Positions 39,813 through 49,190 of a DNA stretch of 64,000 bases are shown here, one piece after another. The translations under genes were made by a program, and so were the position numbers. Numbering within the stretch: position 1 is the stretch's first letter; every line of letters begins with the position of its first letter. The stretch is taken from positions 2,656,001 through 2,720,000 of the forward strand of contig OZ244799.1 of the NCBI GenBank assembly GCA_965219955.1, in the 5' to 3' direction. The stretch comes from a bacterium (GTDB lineage Bacteria; UBA8248). The notes below the pieces were generated by a model that had not been told where the DNA came from, searched no databases, and saw only the letters and a program-made list of their open reading frames with translations.

Positions 39813-41116
39813 CACGACACCCGAAGCGCGACCCGGTGCATCGTGTTGTTGAGGTATCCCTTCGGGTTCCAGTCGATGGCGTGGGGCTGCATCACTCCCG
39901 CGCTGTCGGTCGCCCGCGCCCAGATCTCGTAGTACCCGGCCTCGGGAAGTTTTACGTCGGCGCGGAAGTTCTGCCAGGCGCCGTCGTTCACGGGGGCGTC
40001 CAGCGCAGCCGGCTCCCAGGTCGCGCCGAAGTCATGGGAGAGCTCGACCGAGGCGACCGTCCGGTCTCCCGACCAGGCATGGCCGCGCACCTCCACGGCG
40101 CGCCCCGCCGCCGCCCCGTTCGCGGGGTGGGTGATCAGCGATTTGACGGGCATCCGCTCGATGATGACGAAATCTTTCTCCTCCACCTTCTCGCCCGGTT
40201 CGATCCTGTATCGCGGCACGCGGTAGGAGGCGCCGGTCATCCTGGGGCCGTCATGCACGACGTCGCGGAGGTAGATGCGGCGCAGCCATTTCTGGGAGCA
40301 CGACCCCGGCCAGCCGGGGACGACGAGCCGCAGCGGCGCCCCGTTCATCGGATGAATCGGGCCGCCGTTCTGGCCGAAGGCGATGAGCACGCCCTCCGTC
40401 ATCGCCTTGGCGATCGGCACGCCGCGCGAGATGGGCAGCCTGCCGGGCTCACCGGAGAGGTCCCCGTCAGCGCCGACGTGGGCGGTGTAGACGACGCCGG
40501 GCCGCACGCCGGCCGCCGCCAGCACGTCCTTGAGCCGCACCCCCGTCCACTCCGAACAGGCGACCGCGCCGTGGGTCCACTGGGTGCCCTTCACCGGCGG
40601 TTTGAAGAAGGCCCGTCCGTTGCCCCCGCATTCGATGACGAGGGCCTTCGTGACGACTTCGAACCTCGAGCGCAACTCGGCGATCGACAAGGTCACGGGG
40701 CGTTCCACGAGGCCATCGACGGTGAGGGTCCAGGCGTCCGCTGACGCTTCAGCGGGCGGAACGCCGTTGTTGCGAATGAAGTGCCGGGATGTCGGGGTGA
40801 TCGGGTCATCGAGCAGATGCGGCGGGGTTTCGGCATTGAGCGGCCGCTCGTTCAGCAGCGTCAGGCCGTCCTTCCCGACCAGCACGCTCTCGCCGGCGAA
40901 TGCCGCCGGAATGAGGCCCGCCGGCATGTTGCGGTGAAACGGGATCGCCGCCCCCACCATCGCCGTCATGGCGGCAAGCCCCGCGCCCCGCAGAAAGCCG
41001 CGCCGGTCGAGACAGGATTCCCGTCCGAAAAAGGCGCGGTCCGCCGCCGCCGGGTCCCCGGCGAAGAATTCGTGCATATCCGGGTTTTCAGAGGATGCGG
41101 ATTCCTCTTTCGGCAT
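39812..41116 (-). CDS. Sulfite oxidase family molybdoenzyme (SorT/SoxC-like), Tat-exported
   Basis: LDRRGFL Tat motif, RPLNAETP, FIRNNG, IECGGNGR, GAPLRLVVPGWPGSCSQKW, WNPKGYLNN. Confidence 0.92.
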   Translation of the reverse strand: MPKEESASSENPDMHEFFAGDPAAADRAFFGRESCLDRRGFLRGAGLAAMTAMVGAAIPFHRNMPAGLIPAAFAGESVLVGKDGLTLLNERPLNAETPPHLLDDPITPTSRHFIRNNGVPPAEASADAWTLTVDGLVERPVTLSIAELRSRFEVVTKALVIECGGNGRAFFKPPVKGTQWTHGAVACSEWTGVRLKDVLAAAGVRPGVVYTAHVGADGDLSGEPGRLPISRGVPIAKAMTEGVLIAFGQNGGPIHPMNGAPLRLVVPGWPGSCSQKWLRRIYLRDVVHDGPRMTGASYRVPRYRIEPGEKVEEKDFVIIERMPVKSLITHPANGAAAGRAVEVRGHAWSGDRTVASVELSHDFGATWEPAALDAPVNDGAWQNFRADVKLPEAGYYEIWARATDSAGVMQPHAIDWNPKGYLNNTMHRVALRVS

Positions 41117-41163
41117 GGCGTCCTCCTCTTGCGGACTACCGCTCGGAGAAAATCGCACTGAAT

Positions 41164-41190
41164 CCTAGACGAACGCGGGCATCACCTCTT
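41164..41190 (+). repeat. 27-bp direct repeat, copy 2 (3' end of the LLM gene)
   Basis: CCTAGACGAACGCGGGCATCACCTCTT; on the minus strand it encodes ...EVMPAFV-stop. Confidence 0.9.
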
Positions 41191-42169
41191 TGGCGAAGCG
41201 CTCGAGCGTCCTCAGGACGAGTTCCTGCGGCATCCCCGGCCACTGCACCCGGAACGCCATGTGGTCCACGCCCAGTTCTTCGCGGTGGCGCGCGATATCC
41301 TCGGCCACGTCTTCCGCCGAACCGATGAGGAACCTGTCGGAGCGAAGCTCGTCGAGCGGCATCCGGAGCGTGTCGCTGCTCGGCAGCGCCTCGCTCTGGC
41401 CCCACTTCACATAAACGTCGTATTTCACCGCCAGGTAATCCGCGCATTCGCGAAAGGCGCTCTCCCTGTCCGCGCCGATGAACATCTCCTTGATCACCGG
41501 CGTCGCATCGGGCGCGCCCTTGCCGTGGGCCTCGCGCTCTTCGTGGAACATCTCCATCTGGCGCTTCAGGGTGTCGAAGCGCGCGTGGGGGTTCAGGAAC
41601 CACGCCTCTCCCATCCTGGCCGCGCGCTTCACCGCGCCGTCGCCGTTCGCCGCTATCCAGATGGGCGGCCTGGGCTTCTGGATGGGCCGCATGGTGAGAT
41701 TGACGTCCTCGAGCTTTACCACCTCGCCCTCATAATCGAGCGTTCCCTCCTCCAGCAGGCGGGTGACGGCTTCGAGTTTCTCCTCGAACGCCTTCACGCG
41801 GTAAGGCTTCGTGAGGCCGAACGCGCGGTATTCGGGTTCGCGGTAGCCCAGCCCCACGCCGAGCACGAAGCGGCCCTTCGTCATGGCGTCGAGCGTGGCG
41901 ACCTGCTCCGCCACGTCCACCGGATTGTGAAGCGCGAGTAGCAGGATGCCCGTGCCGACGGTCATATCGCCCGCGTGGGCGGCCACCTGTGCGACGCTCG
42001 GCCAGGTCTGCATCATCCACACGCCCTCGGTGAGGTAGTGCTGGCCGCACCACACGCTGTGAAAGCCCAGGTCCCTGATGAGGCGCACCTGCTCCAGATG
42101 CTCCTCCCAGCGCTGCGCGGGGTCGTCCCCCAAGGCGTGCTGGTTCATGACGAACATGCCGAATTTCAT
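41165..42169 (-). CDS. LLM-class flavin/F420-dependent oxidoreductase
   Basis: MKFGMF, LGFHSVWCGQHY, HNPVDVAEQVATLD, GRFVLGVGLGYR, PIQKPRPPIWIA. Confidence 0.9.
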   Translation of the reverse strand: MKFGMFVMNQHALGDDPAQRWEEHLEQVRLIRDLGFHSVWCGQHYLTEGVWMMQTWPSVAQVAAHAGDMTVGTGILLLALHNPVDVAEQVATLDAMTKGRFVLGVGLGYREPEYRAFGLTKPYRVKAFEEKLEAVTRLLEEGTLDYEGEVVKLEDVNLTMRPIQKPRPPIWIAANGDGAVKRAARMGEAWFLNPHARFDTLKRQMEMFHEEREAHGKGAPDATPVIKEMFIGADRESAFRECADYLAVKYDVYVKWGQSEALPSSDTLRMPLDELRSDRFLIGSAEDVAEDIARHREELGVDHMAFRVQWPGMPQELVLRTLERFAKEVMPAFV

Positions 42170-42191
42170 GTCATCCCCTCGTTTTGTCGCG

Positions 42192-43097
42192 TCAATCCTT
42201 GGTTCCGAAATCACCGGCCAGGGCGATGACTTTTTCCGCCGCCTCGACCACGGGATAGTCGATCATGCGCCCGCCGACGGAGACGCTCGCCTCCCCGCGC
42301 GCCGCCGCTTCTGCAAAAGCGACGACCACCTCGCGCGCCTTTTCGACCTCTTCTTTCGTCGGCGTGAAGGCGTGGTTCACGATCTCCACCTGCTTGGGAT
42401 GGATGCAGAACTTGCCGAACATGCCGAGCGCGCGGCACCGCACGGCGCTCGCCGCGAGGCCTTCCTGATCGTCCAGCGCAATCCATACCGTGTCGAGCGG
42501 CTTCTCGAGTCCCGCGGATCGTGAGGCCACCGCGATGCGCGAGCGCGGGTAGTCGAAGGTGAACTCATCGCGCGGCCATTCGGTATCCAGATCGTTAGTG
42601 TAATCCCCCGCCCCGAAGGCGAGCTGGAAACGACGCTCCCCCGTATCGGCGGAGGCGATGGAGAAGGCGTCCTCCACACCTTTGGCGTTTTCGAGGATGG
42701 CGAGCAGATGAACGCTCCCCGCCTCACAGCCCGCCGCTCTCTCCGCATCGCGAAGCAGCCTGTCCGCCGCGAGTATCTGGCCGGCGTTCTCCGCCTTGGG
42801 CAGCACGATTCCCCGCAGCGCAGGCCCCACCACCGCCGCGATGTCCTCAGGCCCGCAGGCGATGGAAAAACCCGTGACGTCGTCCAGCGGATTCACCCTC
42901 ACGAAAACGTCCGCCCCGTCTTCTTCGGCTATCGTCTTGACCGCCGCGTCGAGCGCGGCGCGCGTCGAATCCTTCTCATCGGCGGGAACCGCGTCTTCCA
43001 GGTCCAGAACGACGGCGTCGGCCCCGGCCTTGCCGACTTTCGCGAGCATTCTCTCCCTGTTGCCGGGAGCGAAGAGAATCGTCCGGTAGAGTTTCAT
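42192..43097 (-). CDS. CitE/HpcH family CoA-ester lyase
   Basis: RTILFAPG, DAVVLDLEDAV, VRVN, LPKAE, GKFCIHPKQ, RMIDYPV. Confidence 0.92.
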   Translation of the reverse strand: MKLYRTILFAPGNRERMLAKVGKAGADAVVLDLEDAVPADEKDSTRAALDAAVKTIAEEDGADVFVRVNPLDDVTGFSIACGPEDIAAVVGPALRGIVLPKAENAGQILAADRLLRDAERAAGCEAGSVHLLAILENAKGVEDAFSIASADTGERRFQLAFGAGDYTNDLDTEWPRDEFTFDYPRSRIAVASRSAGLEKPLDTVWIALDDQEGLAASAVRCRALGMFGKFCIHPKQVEIVNHAFTPTKEEVEKAREVVVAFAEAAARGEASVSVGGRMIDYPVVEAAEKVIALAGDFGTKD

Positions 43098-43204
43098 GAA
43101 AATCTCCTTTGCTTTCATCGTCTCAGGTGATGTGCTTTTACCCCTGATGGCGGCGCTTGCCAAGCGGGGGAGGCTTCCCCTGGTGACCTGACAGGTGCAT
43201 CATG

Positions 43205-43650
43205 GGTTGTTGAAAAAGCCCCGTATGCGTCCACCGGAAACCGCCAACGCCTCTTTCCTCGCCCTGAGTAGACGCCGAAGGTCAAACGCGACTGAGAAAG
43301 GAGCGTTTGTATCGAAGGGCGAGGAACTCGCACCGGGCGGCGCAATCACTTCCGAATTGGGTGCGATTGACATTCGATATCCGGCTTCGCCGCTACTCAG
43401 GATGAGGCGGTGCGGTTTTGCTCGTCATTCCGGCAATCAATGCCGACCGAGGAGGGAGGGATTGCCCGGAATCCATTTACGGATGTGGGTGAATACACAG
43501 CGGTGTTTCATTCCCCGCCGATGCGCGGGAACCCGGACGAGAGGCGAAAGGCGTAAAAAATGGATTCCGGCTTTCGCCGGAATGACGGTGAACATTCTCG
43601 ATTGGGGGGGAATCAGCAACTCCTTGGGGAAACTTTTTCAACAACCCCCA
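43205..43650. mobile_element. MITE-like TIR element with REP cargo
   Basis: GGGTTGTTGAAAAA ... TTTTTCAACAACCCC ends; CCCTGAGTAG...TACTCAGGATGAG pair and GTCATTCCGG.../TGGATTCCGGCTTTCGCCGGAATGAC (43561-43586). Confidence 0.7.
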
Positions 43651-43757
43651 TCAGGGGGGTCATCGCAATTTGGGATGAGTGCGCGACTTCGTTTCTGCTC
43701 CTCCGTCACCTGGAATATAATCGCCCGAAACCAACGAAACCCCTTTGGAGAGTTTTC

Positions 43758-45434
43758 ATGAAACCCGACGAACTGCTGCACCGCCCCATCACGGAACTGG
43801 CCTCATTGATCCAAAACGGCGAAGCGAAGCCGAGCGAGGTGCTCGAAAGCCACGTCGCCAGAATCGAGGCCGCCGACCCGACCATCAACGCATTTATAAA
43901 GACCACATTCGATCTCGCCAGGGAACAGGCAGGGCGGCTGGATTCAGAAATCGCCGGGGGAAACTACCGGGGGCCACTCCACGGGATTCCCATAGCACTC
44001 AAGGACCTGTTCGACCTGGAGGGCCACCCGACCACGGCGGGCAGCCGGATTCTCGGAAAAACCGCGGCGCTCGAGACGGCGGACTGCGTGCGCAGACTTA
44101 TAGATGCCGGGGCGGTGATCGTCGGGAAGACGAACCTGCAGGAATTCGCGCGCGGCGGCACCGGGGCGAACAGCGCGTTCGGCCCGGCGCGAAACCCCTG
44201 GAGCCTCGAACACACGCCCGGGGGAAGCAGCAGCGGCTCGGCCGCCTGCGTGGCGGCGGGGATGGCGGCTGCCGCGCTCGGCTCCGACACGGGCGGCTCG
44301 GTGCGCCTGCCCGCTTCGTTCTGCAATCTGGTGGGTATCCGCTCCACCTATGGCCGGGTGAGCCGGGCGGGGGCCGTGCCGCTGGGTCTGAGCTTCGACA
44401 ACGTGGGTCCCCTCGCGCGCACGGTGGAGGACGCCGCCCTCATCCTGGGAGCCATCGCAGGTCCCGACCCCAAAGACCCGACGACGGGAACCAGGCCCGC
44501 GCCTGATTTTTTGGGAAATATGAACGAGGGCGTGCGCGGCATGACGCTGGGCGTTCCGACGAACCACTTCTGGCCGGGCGAGGACGCAGAAGCCGAAGCG
44601 GTCGTCCGCGAGAGCATCGCCCGGTTCGAGAAGCTGGGGGCGGAAATCATAGAGGTGGAAATCCCCTGGGCGAGGCTCGGCCAGGTGGCCTACGCCGCAA
44701 CCGTGGGGCCCGAGGGTGCGGAATACCACCGCAAATTCCTCGAAAACCACCGGGACGGGTACGTCTCCCCCGGGGCGGATTTCTTCGAGTACAGTCTCTT
44801 CATTCCGGGCTGGCGCTACGTGCAGGCGCAAAAGGCGCGAACTTTCTTCATCCGGCAGGCGGCGGAGGTTTTCAGACGTGTGGACGCCGTGCTCACGCCC
44901 ACCGTCGCAATCGCGCCGCCCACCATCGCGGATTGTCTCGACGGCATGAAGATGTGGCCGATAGTGAGCGACAACACGGCCGCCTTCAGCACCATCGGCA
45001 ACCCCGTCCTCCAGGTCCCCTGCGGGTTCACGAAAGCGGGCCTGCCCGTCGGCCTCCAGATAGCGGGAAGATGGGGGGATGAGGCGCGTCTGTTCCGCAT
45101 CGGCAAGGCGCTGGAAGACGACAATCCGCTGTGGAAGATGCGCCCGCCCGAAGTCGACGAGCAGCCGCCTCCCGAACCATTCCTGGACGAAGGCTCCGCT
45201 TCCTCATCCCAGGAAGCATCGGAAACAGAAGCCGCCGCCCACACCCTCGCCATGGCGAAGACCATGGGCTATGCGATCGACAGGGATAAGATCTCGCCGG
45301 AGGGACTCGCACAGGGCGTCTCGAACATGCTCGCGGGACTGGAAAAACTCGACGACCTCGACCTTGATGACTGCGAGCGCGCCGAGACGCTCAACCTGCT
45401 CGAAATGGATTTTGACTCCATCCCGCCTCCGTGA
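43758..45434 (+). CDS. Amidase-signature family enzyme with C-terminal extension
   Basis: GPLHGIPIALKD, GKTN, TPGGSSSGSAA, GSDTGGSVRLPA (Ser-cisSer-Lys triad), GLPVGLQI. Confidence 0.92.
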   Translation: MKPDELLHRPITELASLIQNGEAKPSEVLESHVARIEAADPTINAFIKTTFDLAREQAGRLDSEIAGGNYRGPLHGIPIALKDLFDLEGHPTTAGSRILGKTAALETADCVRRLIDAGAVIVGKTNLQEFARGGTGANSAFGPARNPWSLEHTPGGSSSGSAACVAAGMAAAALGSDTGGSVRLPASFCNLVGIRSTYGRVSRAGAVPLGLSFDNVGPLARTVEDAALILGAIAGPDPKDPTTGTRPAPDFLGNMNEGVRGMTLGVPTNHFWPGEDAEAEAVVRESIARFEKLGAEIIEVEIPWARLGQVAYAATVGPEGAEYHRKFLENHRDGYVSPGADFFEYSLFIPGWRYVQAQKARTFFIRQAAEVFRRVDAVLTPTVAIAPPTIADCLDGMKMWPIVSDNTAAFSTIGNPVLQVPCGFTKAGLPVGLQIAGRWGDEARLFRIGKALEDDNPLWKMRPPEVDEQPPPEPFLDEGSASSSQEASETEAAAHTLAMAKTMGYAIDRDKISPEGLAQGVSNMLAGLEKLDDLDLDDCERAETLNLLEMDFDSIPPP

Positions 45435-45436
45435 TG

Positions 45437-45725
45437 GGTTGTTGAAATAGTCCGGAACTCTGGATTTGTCGTATGTAACCGACCGACGAGAGAGAAAAAT
45501 CACTCCCCCCTTGAGGGGGAGTCGATGAAGCCGAGCGGTTTGTGCGAAGGCTGAATCGGTGGGGGGTGAATCGCGTTTTATCGGCACTCCGAATTATACC
45601 CCCCACCGAATCGCTTGCGGGCTTACGCCCTTAGCTCTTCGACTCCCCCTCAAGGGGGGAGTGAATCTTGCTCTTTCATTGGACGAGTCAAATCCTCGTT
45701 AATCGGGGTTTCTCAACAGCCCCCG
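45437..45725. mobile_element. MITE-like TIR element enclosing a cruciform REP-like element
   Basis: GGGTTGTTGAAATA ... TTTCTCAACAGCCCCC ends; CACTCCCCCCTTGAGGGGGAGTCG...CGACTCCCCCTCAAGGGGGGAGTG at 45501-45663. Confidence 0.7.
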
Positions 45726-45735
45726 TAAGAAAGGC

Positions 45736-46860
45736 CTAATCCGGCTTGAGCAGGACTTTCAGGCACTCCCCCGTTCCGGTGACCTCGATGCCCGCCTGCA
45801 CCTGGGAGAGGGGCAGGCGGTGGGTGAAGATGTCGTCAATCGGCAGGTCCGTTCTCAGGAGCATGTCCATCGCCGGCTCGAACTGCACCTGGGGATAGGC
45901 CCATGAGCCGCAGATGTCCACGTCCTTGTTGCACACCTGGTGGGGCCTGATCTCCACCCCGCCCGGGTCGCCGTAGTGCCCGACCTCCACCAGCTTCCCG
46001 CCCCGGCGGACGATGTCCAGCCCCTCGGCGAAGGCCGCGGGAACGCCCGCCGCCTCGACGACCACGTCGGGCCCCACGCCGTCCGTCCAGGAGAGGATCT
46101 GCTCTTTTCTCTCTTCCGGCGTGAGCGCCGCCAGGCTCACCGTCTTCGTGGCGCCGAATTTTTTCGAGAACGCGAGCCTTTCCTCGGTCATGTCCACCGC
46201 GATGATCTCGCCCGCCCCCATCGTCTTGAGAGCGGCCACCACCAGCAGCCCGATGGGGCCGACGCCCATGACGGCGCAGCGCGCGCCCACGCCGAACCCC
46301 TCCCCCGCGTAGGGGATGCCCGGCGAGAGCGAGCGCCCCGCCGCCCTCTGGGCCACGGCCAGGGGTTCGCAGAGCGTGGCCCGCTCGAGCGAGAGGCCCT
46401 CGGGCAGCTTCAGGACGAAGGAATTTCCGGGAATATACATGTATTCGGAAAACGCCCCGAAAAGGTGCGGCGCCTCGGCGGAGGAGCGGAAGCCGAAGAC
46501 CGTGCGGTTCGGGCACAACTGGGGCCGGTGCGGCGTGTGAATGCAGAACCAGCATTTTCCGCACGCCTGGCTGCCCGGCGCCACGGTGATGGCGTCGCCC
46601 TCCTCGATGGGGCCGCCCACGATCTTCATGTTCGCATTCGCCTGCGGCCCCAATTTCTCGACGACCCCGCTGAACTCATGGCCCGGGATCACCGGCCACG
46701 CTAGATCCAGGTTCCCCCCGTACATGTGCTTGTCCGAACCGCAGACGCCGACGGCGGCCACCCGCATCAAAAGGGCGTCGTCCTCAATCTCGGGCATGGG
46801 GTATTCGCGCAGGGCGATTTCGCCCGGCTGTAGAATCGTGGCGGCCTGAACGGTGGACAT
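45736..46860 (-). CDS. Zinc-dependent alcohol/polyol dehydrogenase (MDR)
   Basis: GVCGSD, GHEFSG, CGKCWFC...C, GVGPIG. Confidence 0.93.
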   Translation of the reverse strand: MSTVQAATILQPGEIALREYPMPEIEDDALLMRVAAVGVCGSDKHMYGGNLDLAWPVIPGHEFSGVVEKLGPQANANMKIVGGPIEEGDAITVAPGSQACGKCWFCIHTPHRPQLCPNRTVFGFRSSAEAPHLFGAFSEYMYIPGNSFVLKLPEGLSLERATLCEPLAVAQRAAGRSLSPGIPYAGEGFGVGARCAVMGVGPIGLLVVAALKTMGAGEIIAVDMTEERLAFSKKFGATKTVSLAALTPEERKEQILSWTDGVGPDVVVEAAGVPAAFAEGLDIVRRGGKLVEVGHYGDPGGVEIRPHQVCNKDVDICGSWAYPQVQFEPAMDMLLRTDLPIDDIFTHRLPLSQVQAGIEVTGTGECLKVLLKPD

Positions 46861-47010
46861 CGAATCCGTCTCCTCGAATAATGACTTTACACTTAAGAAA
46901 AACGGGCGCTAAGCGTCTCGGGATGTTGTGATGCGCGCTACTTTAGCGTATCTCTGATTCGCGCCACAACGAACGCAGTGGAAGCGAACCCCGAATCTCT
47001 TGAGGAACCC

Positions 47011-47874
47011 ATGCCGCTCGAGAAGACGCTCGCCATCTTCGGCTACCCCCTGGGGCATACGCTCTCGCCCGTCATGCACAACGCGGCGGCGCAGGCGCTG
47101 GGCCTGCCCTACCGCTTCCAGGCCTACGAGGTTCACCCGGACCGCTACGAAGAAGCGGTGCGCGGGGCGGCGGCGATGGGTTTCGCGGGCTTTTGCGTCA
47201 CCATCCCCCACAAGGTGGCCACCTTCCGGCTGGTGGACGAGTTGAGTGAGGATGCGAGGCTCATGGGCGCGGTGAACATGGTGACCTTCGAGGAGGGCGG
47301 CAAACTCAAGGGCCACAACACCGACGGCGCGGGCTGGCTGCGCTCCCTGGAAGAGGAAACGGGGGTATCTCCTGAAGGGAAAAGATGCCTGCTCCTCGGT
47401 GCTGGCGGCGCCGCGCGGGCCATCGCCATCAAGCTCGCGCAAACAGGCGCCGCGCACGTCGAGATTCGCAACCGCACGGCGGAAAAAGCCGCCTCGCTGG
47501 CAAGCGAGGTGAAATCGCACTTTCCGGGCGTCGAAATCGGCGGAGGCGGTCTGGATGAGCTTGAAACCGCCGCCCGGGGGCGGGATATTATCGTCAACAC
47601 GACGAGCCTGGGGATGACCGGCGATAAGGAGAGAGAGGCGGCCTGCCCCCTGCCCGAGGAATACATACCGCCTGAGAGCATCTGCGCCGATGCGGTCTAC
47701 AACCCGCTCGACACCCCGTTCCTGAAGGCCGCCCGCCGGAGAGGCGCGCGCGCCGTCTCGGGGGTCGGCTGGCTTTTGCACCAGGGGGCGCTTGGCTGGG
47801 AGCTTTGGACCGGCACGCAGATGCCGGTCGAGCACGTGCTGGAGAAGATGCTCGAAGCGCTTGGGAACCGATAA
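47011..47874 (+). CDS. aroE: Shikimate dehydrogenase
   Basis: GYPLGHTLSPVMHN, VTIPHK, GAVN, GHNTD, GAGGAARA, NRT, NTTSLGM. Confidence 0.92.
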   Translation: MPLEKTLAIFGYPLGHTLSPVMHNAAAQALGLPYRFQAYEVHPDRYEEAVRGAAAMGFAGFCVTIPHKVATFRLVDELSEDARLMGAVNMVTFEEGGKLKGHNTDGAGWLRSLEEETGVSPEGKRCLLLGAGGAARAIAIKLAQTGAAHVEIRNRTAEKAASLASEVKSHFPGVEIGGGGLDELETAARGRDIIVNTTSLGMTGDKEREAACPLPEEYIPPESICADAVYNPLDTPFLKAARRRGARAVSGVGWLLHQGALGWELWTGTQMPVEHVLEKMLEALGNR

Positions 47875-47905
47875 CACTCACTGAACAAGGAGCCTGAGAG
47901 ATTCC

Positions 47906-49096
47906 ATGAGTATGCCGCTTGAGGGGATTCGCGTCCTCGATCTTTCCAGAATACTGGCGGGGCCGTTCTGCACCATGATGCTCGGCGACATGGGCGCCGA
48001 AGTCATCAAGGTCGAAAACCCCGTCGGCGGAGACGACACGCGCGGCTGGCCGCCTTTTTACGAGGGGGGCGAGAGCAGCTATTTCCAGTCCGTGAACAGG
48101 AACAAGAAAAGCCTGACGCTCAACCTGAAGGCCGAAGAGGGAAAGTCAATCTTAAGGGGGCTCGTCGAGAAGTCGGACATCCTCATCCAGAACTTCCGGC
48201 CCGGCGCCATCGAGCGGCTCGGCTTCGACTGGGATACCTGCCACGCCCTCAACCCCCGGCTCATCTACGCCAGCGTCTCGGGCTACGGCCAGAGCGGCCC
48301 CTCGAAAGAGAGACCCGCCTACGACATCCTCTTACAAGGCGAGGGCGGACTCATGAGCATCACGGGCGCCGAGGGGGGCGGGGGCTTCAAGACGGGCATC
48401 GCCATCGCCGACCTCACCACCGCCATGTTCGCGACCCAGGGGATTCTGCTGGCCATCATCGCCCGCGAGAAGACGGGGGAGGGCCAGTACGTCGACACGG
48501 CCATCCAGGATGGACAGGCCGCGCTGATGAGCCACGCCGCGGGGAACTATTTCGCCACGGGCACACCGCCCGGTCGGCTGGGGAACCGCCACCCGAGCAT
48601 CGCGCCGTACCGCGATTTTCCCTGCTCGGACGGGGAACTCATCGTCGCGGCGGCCAACGACTCCTTGTGGCAGCGCTTCGCCCGCGCCATCGGCAGGGCC
48701 GATCTGGCGGACGACTCCAAATGGGATACGAACGCGGCGCGCGTCTCGGGGCGCGATGAACTCGAAGCCGAGATCGAGGAGACCATGCGGGCCAGGACAC
48801 GCGCGGAGTGGGCCGAAATCGTATCGGACGCGGGCGTGCCCTGCGGGCCGGTGCGGACGATAGAGGAGTTGTGCGCGGACCCGCAGATCCATCACCGCGA
48901 GATGGTCGTCGAGATGGAGCACGCGAGAACCGGCGTCCTGAAGGTGATGGGAAACCCCATGAAGCTCTCGGACACGCCCGGCGAACTCCGCATGCCCCCT
49001 CCCCTGCTGGGCGAGCATACGGAAGAGGTCCTCGGCGGCCTGCTCGGCAAGTCGGACGGGGAAATCGCCGCGTTAAAGGAAAAGGGCGTCGCCTAG
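47906..49096 (+). CDS. Family III CoA-transferase (CaiB/BaiF)
   Basis: PLEGIRVLDLSRILAGP, GAEVIKVE, NRNKKS, NFRPG, PPLLGEHT. Confidence 0.95.
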   Translation: MSMPLEGIRVLDLSRILAGPFCTMMLGDMGAEVIKVENPVGGDDTRGWPPFYEGGESSYFQSVNRNKKSLTLNLKAEEGKSILRGLVEKSDILIQNFRPGAIERLGFDWDTCHALNPRLIYASVSGYGQSGPSKERPAYDILLQGEGGLMSITGAEGGGGFKTGIAIADLTTAMFATQGILLAIIAREKTGEGQYVDTAIQDGQAALMSHAAGNYFATGTPPGRLGNRHPSIAPYRDFPCSDGELIVAAANDSLWQRFARAIGRADLADDSKWDTNAARVSGRDELEAEIEETMRARTRAEWAEIVSDAGVPCGPVRTIEELCADPQIHHREMVVEMEHARTGVLKVMGNPMKLSDTPGELRMPPPLLGEHTEEVLGGLLGKSDGEIAALKEKGVA

Positions 49097-49190
49097 CGTT
49101 CATGGGGAGCCAAGCCTTGTCAGACGCGGCCCTCGCCGATAGGATGCGGGAGAAATTGCGGACTTGACTCGATAAAAACGGAGAAACGCC

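Noticed and set aside
43560-43757. N-terminal extension of the amidase (MDSGFRRND...) and similar ORFs at 44-414, 21420-22014, 26910-27407, 33646-34084, 45204-45606 and 57159-57434
   Set aside because: They are translations of REP/MITE palindromes; better starts with SD sequences lie downstream
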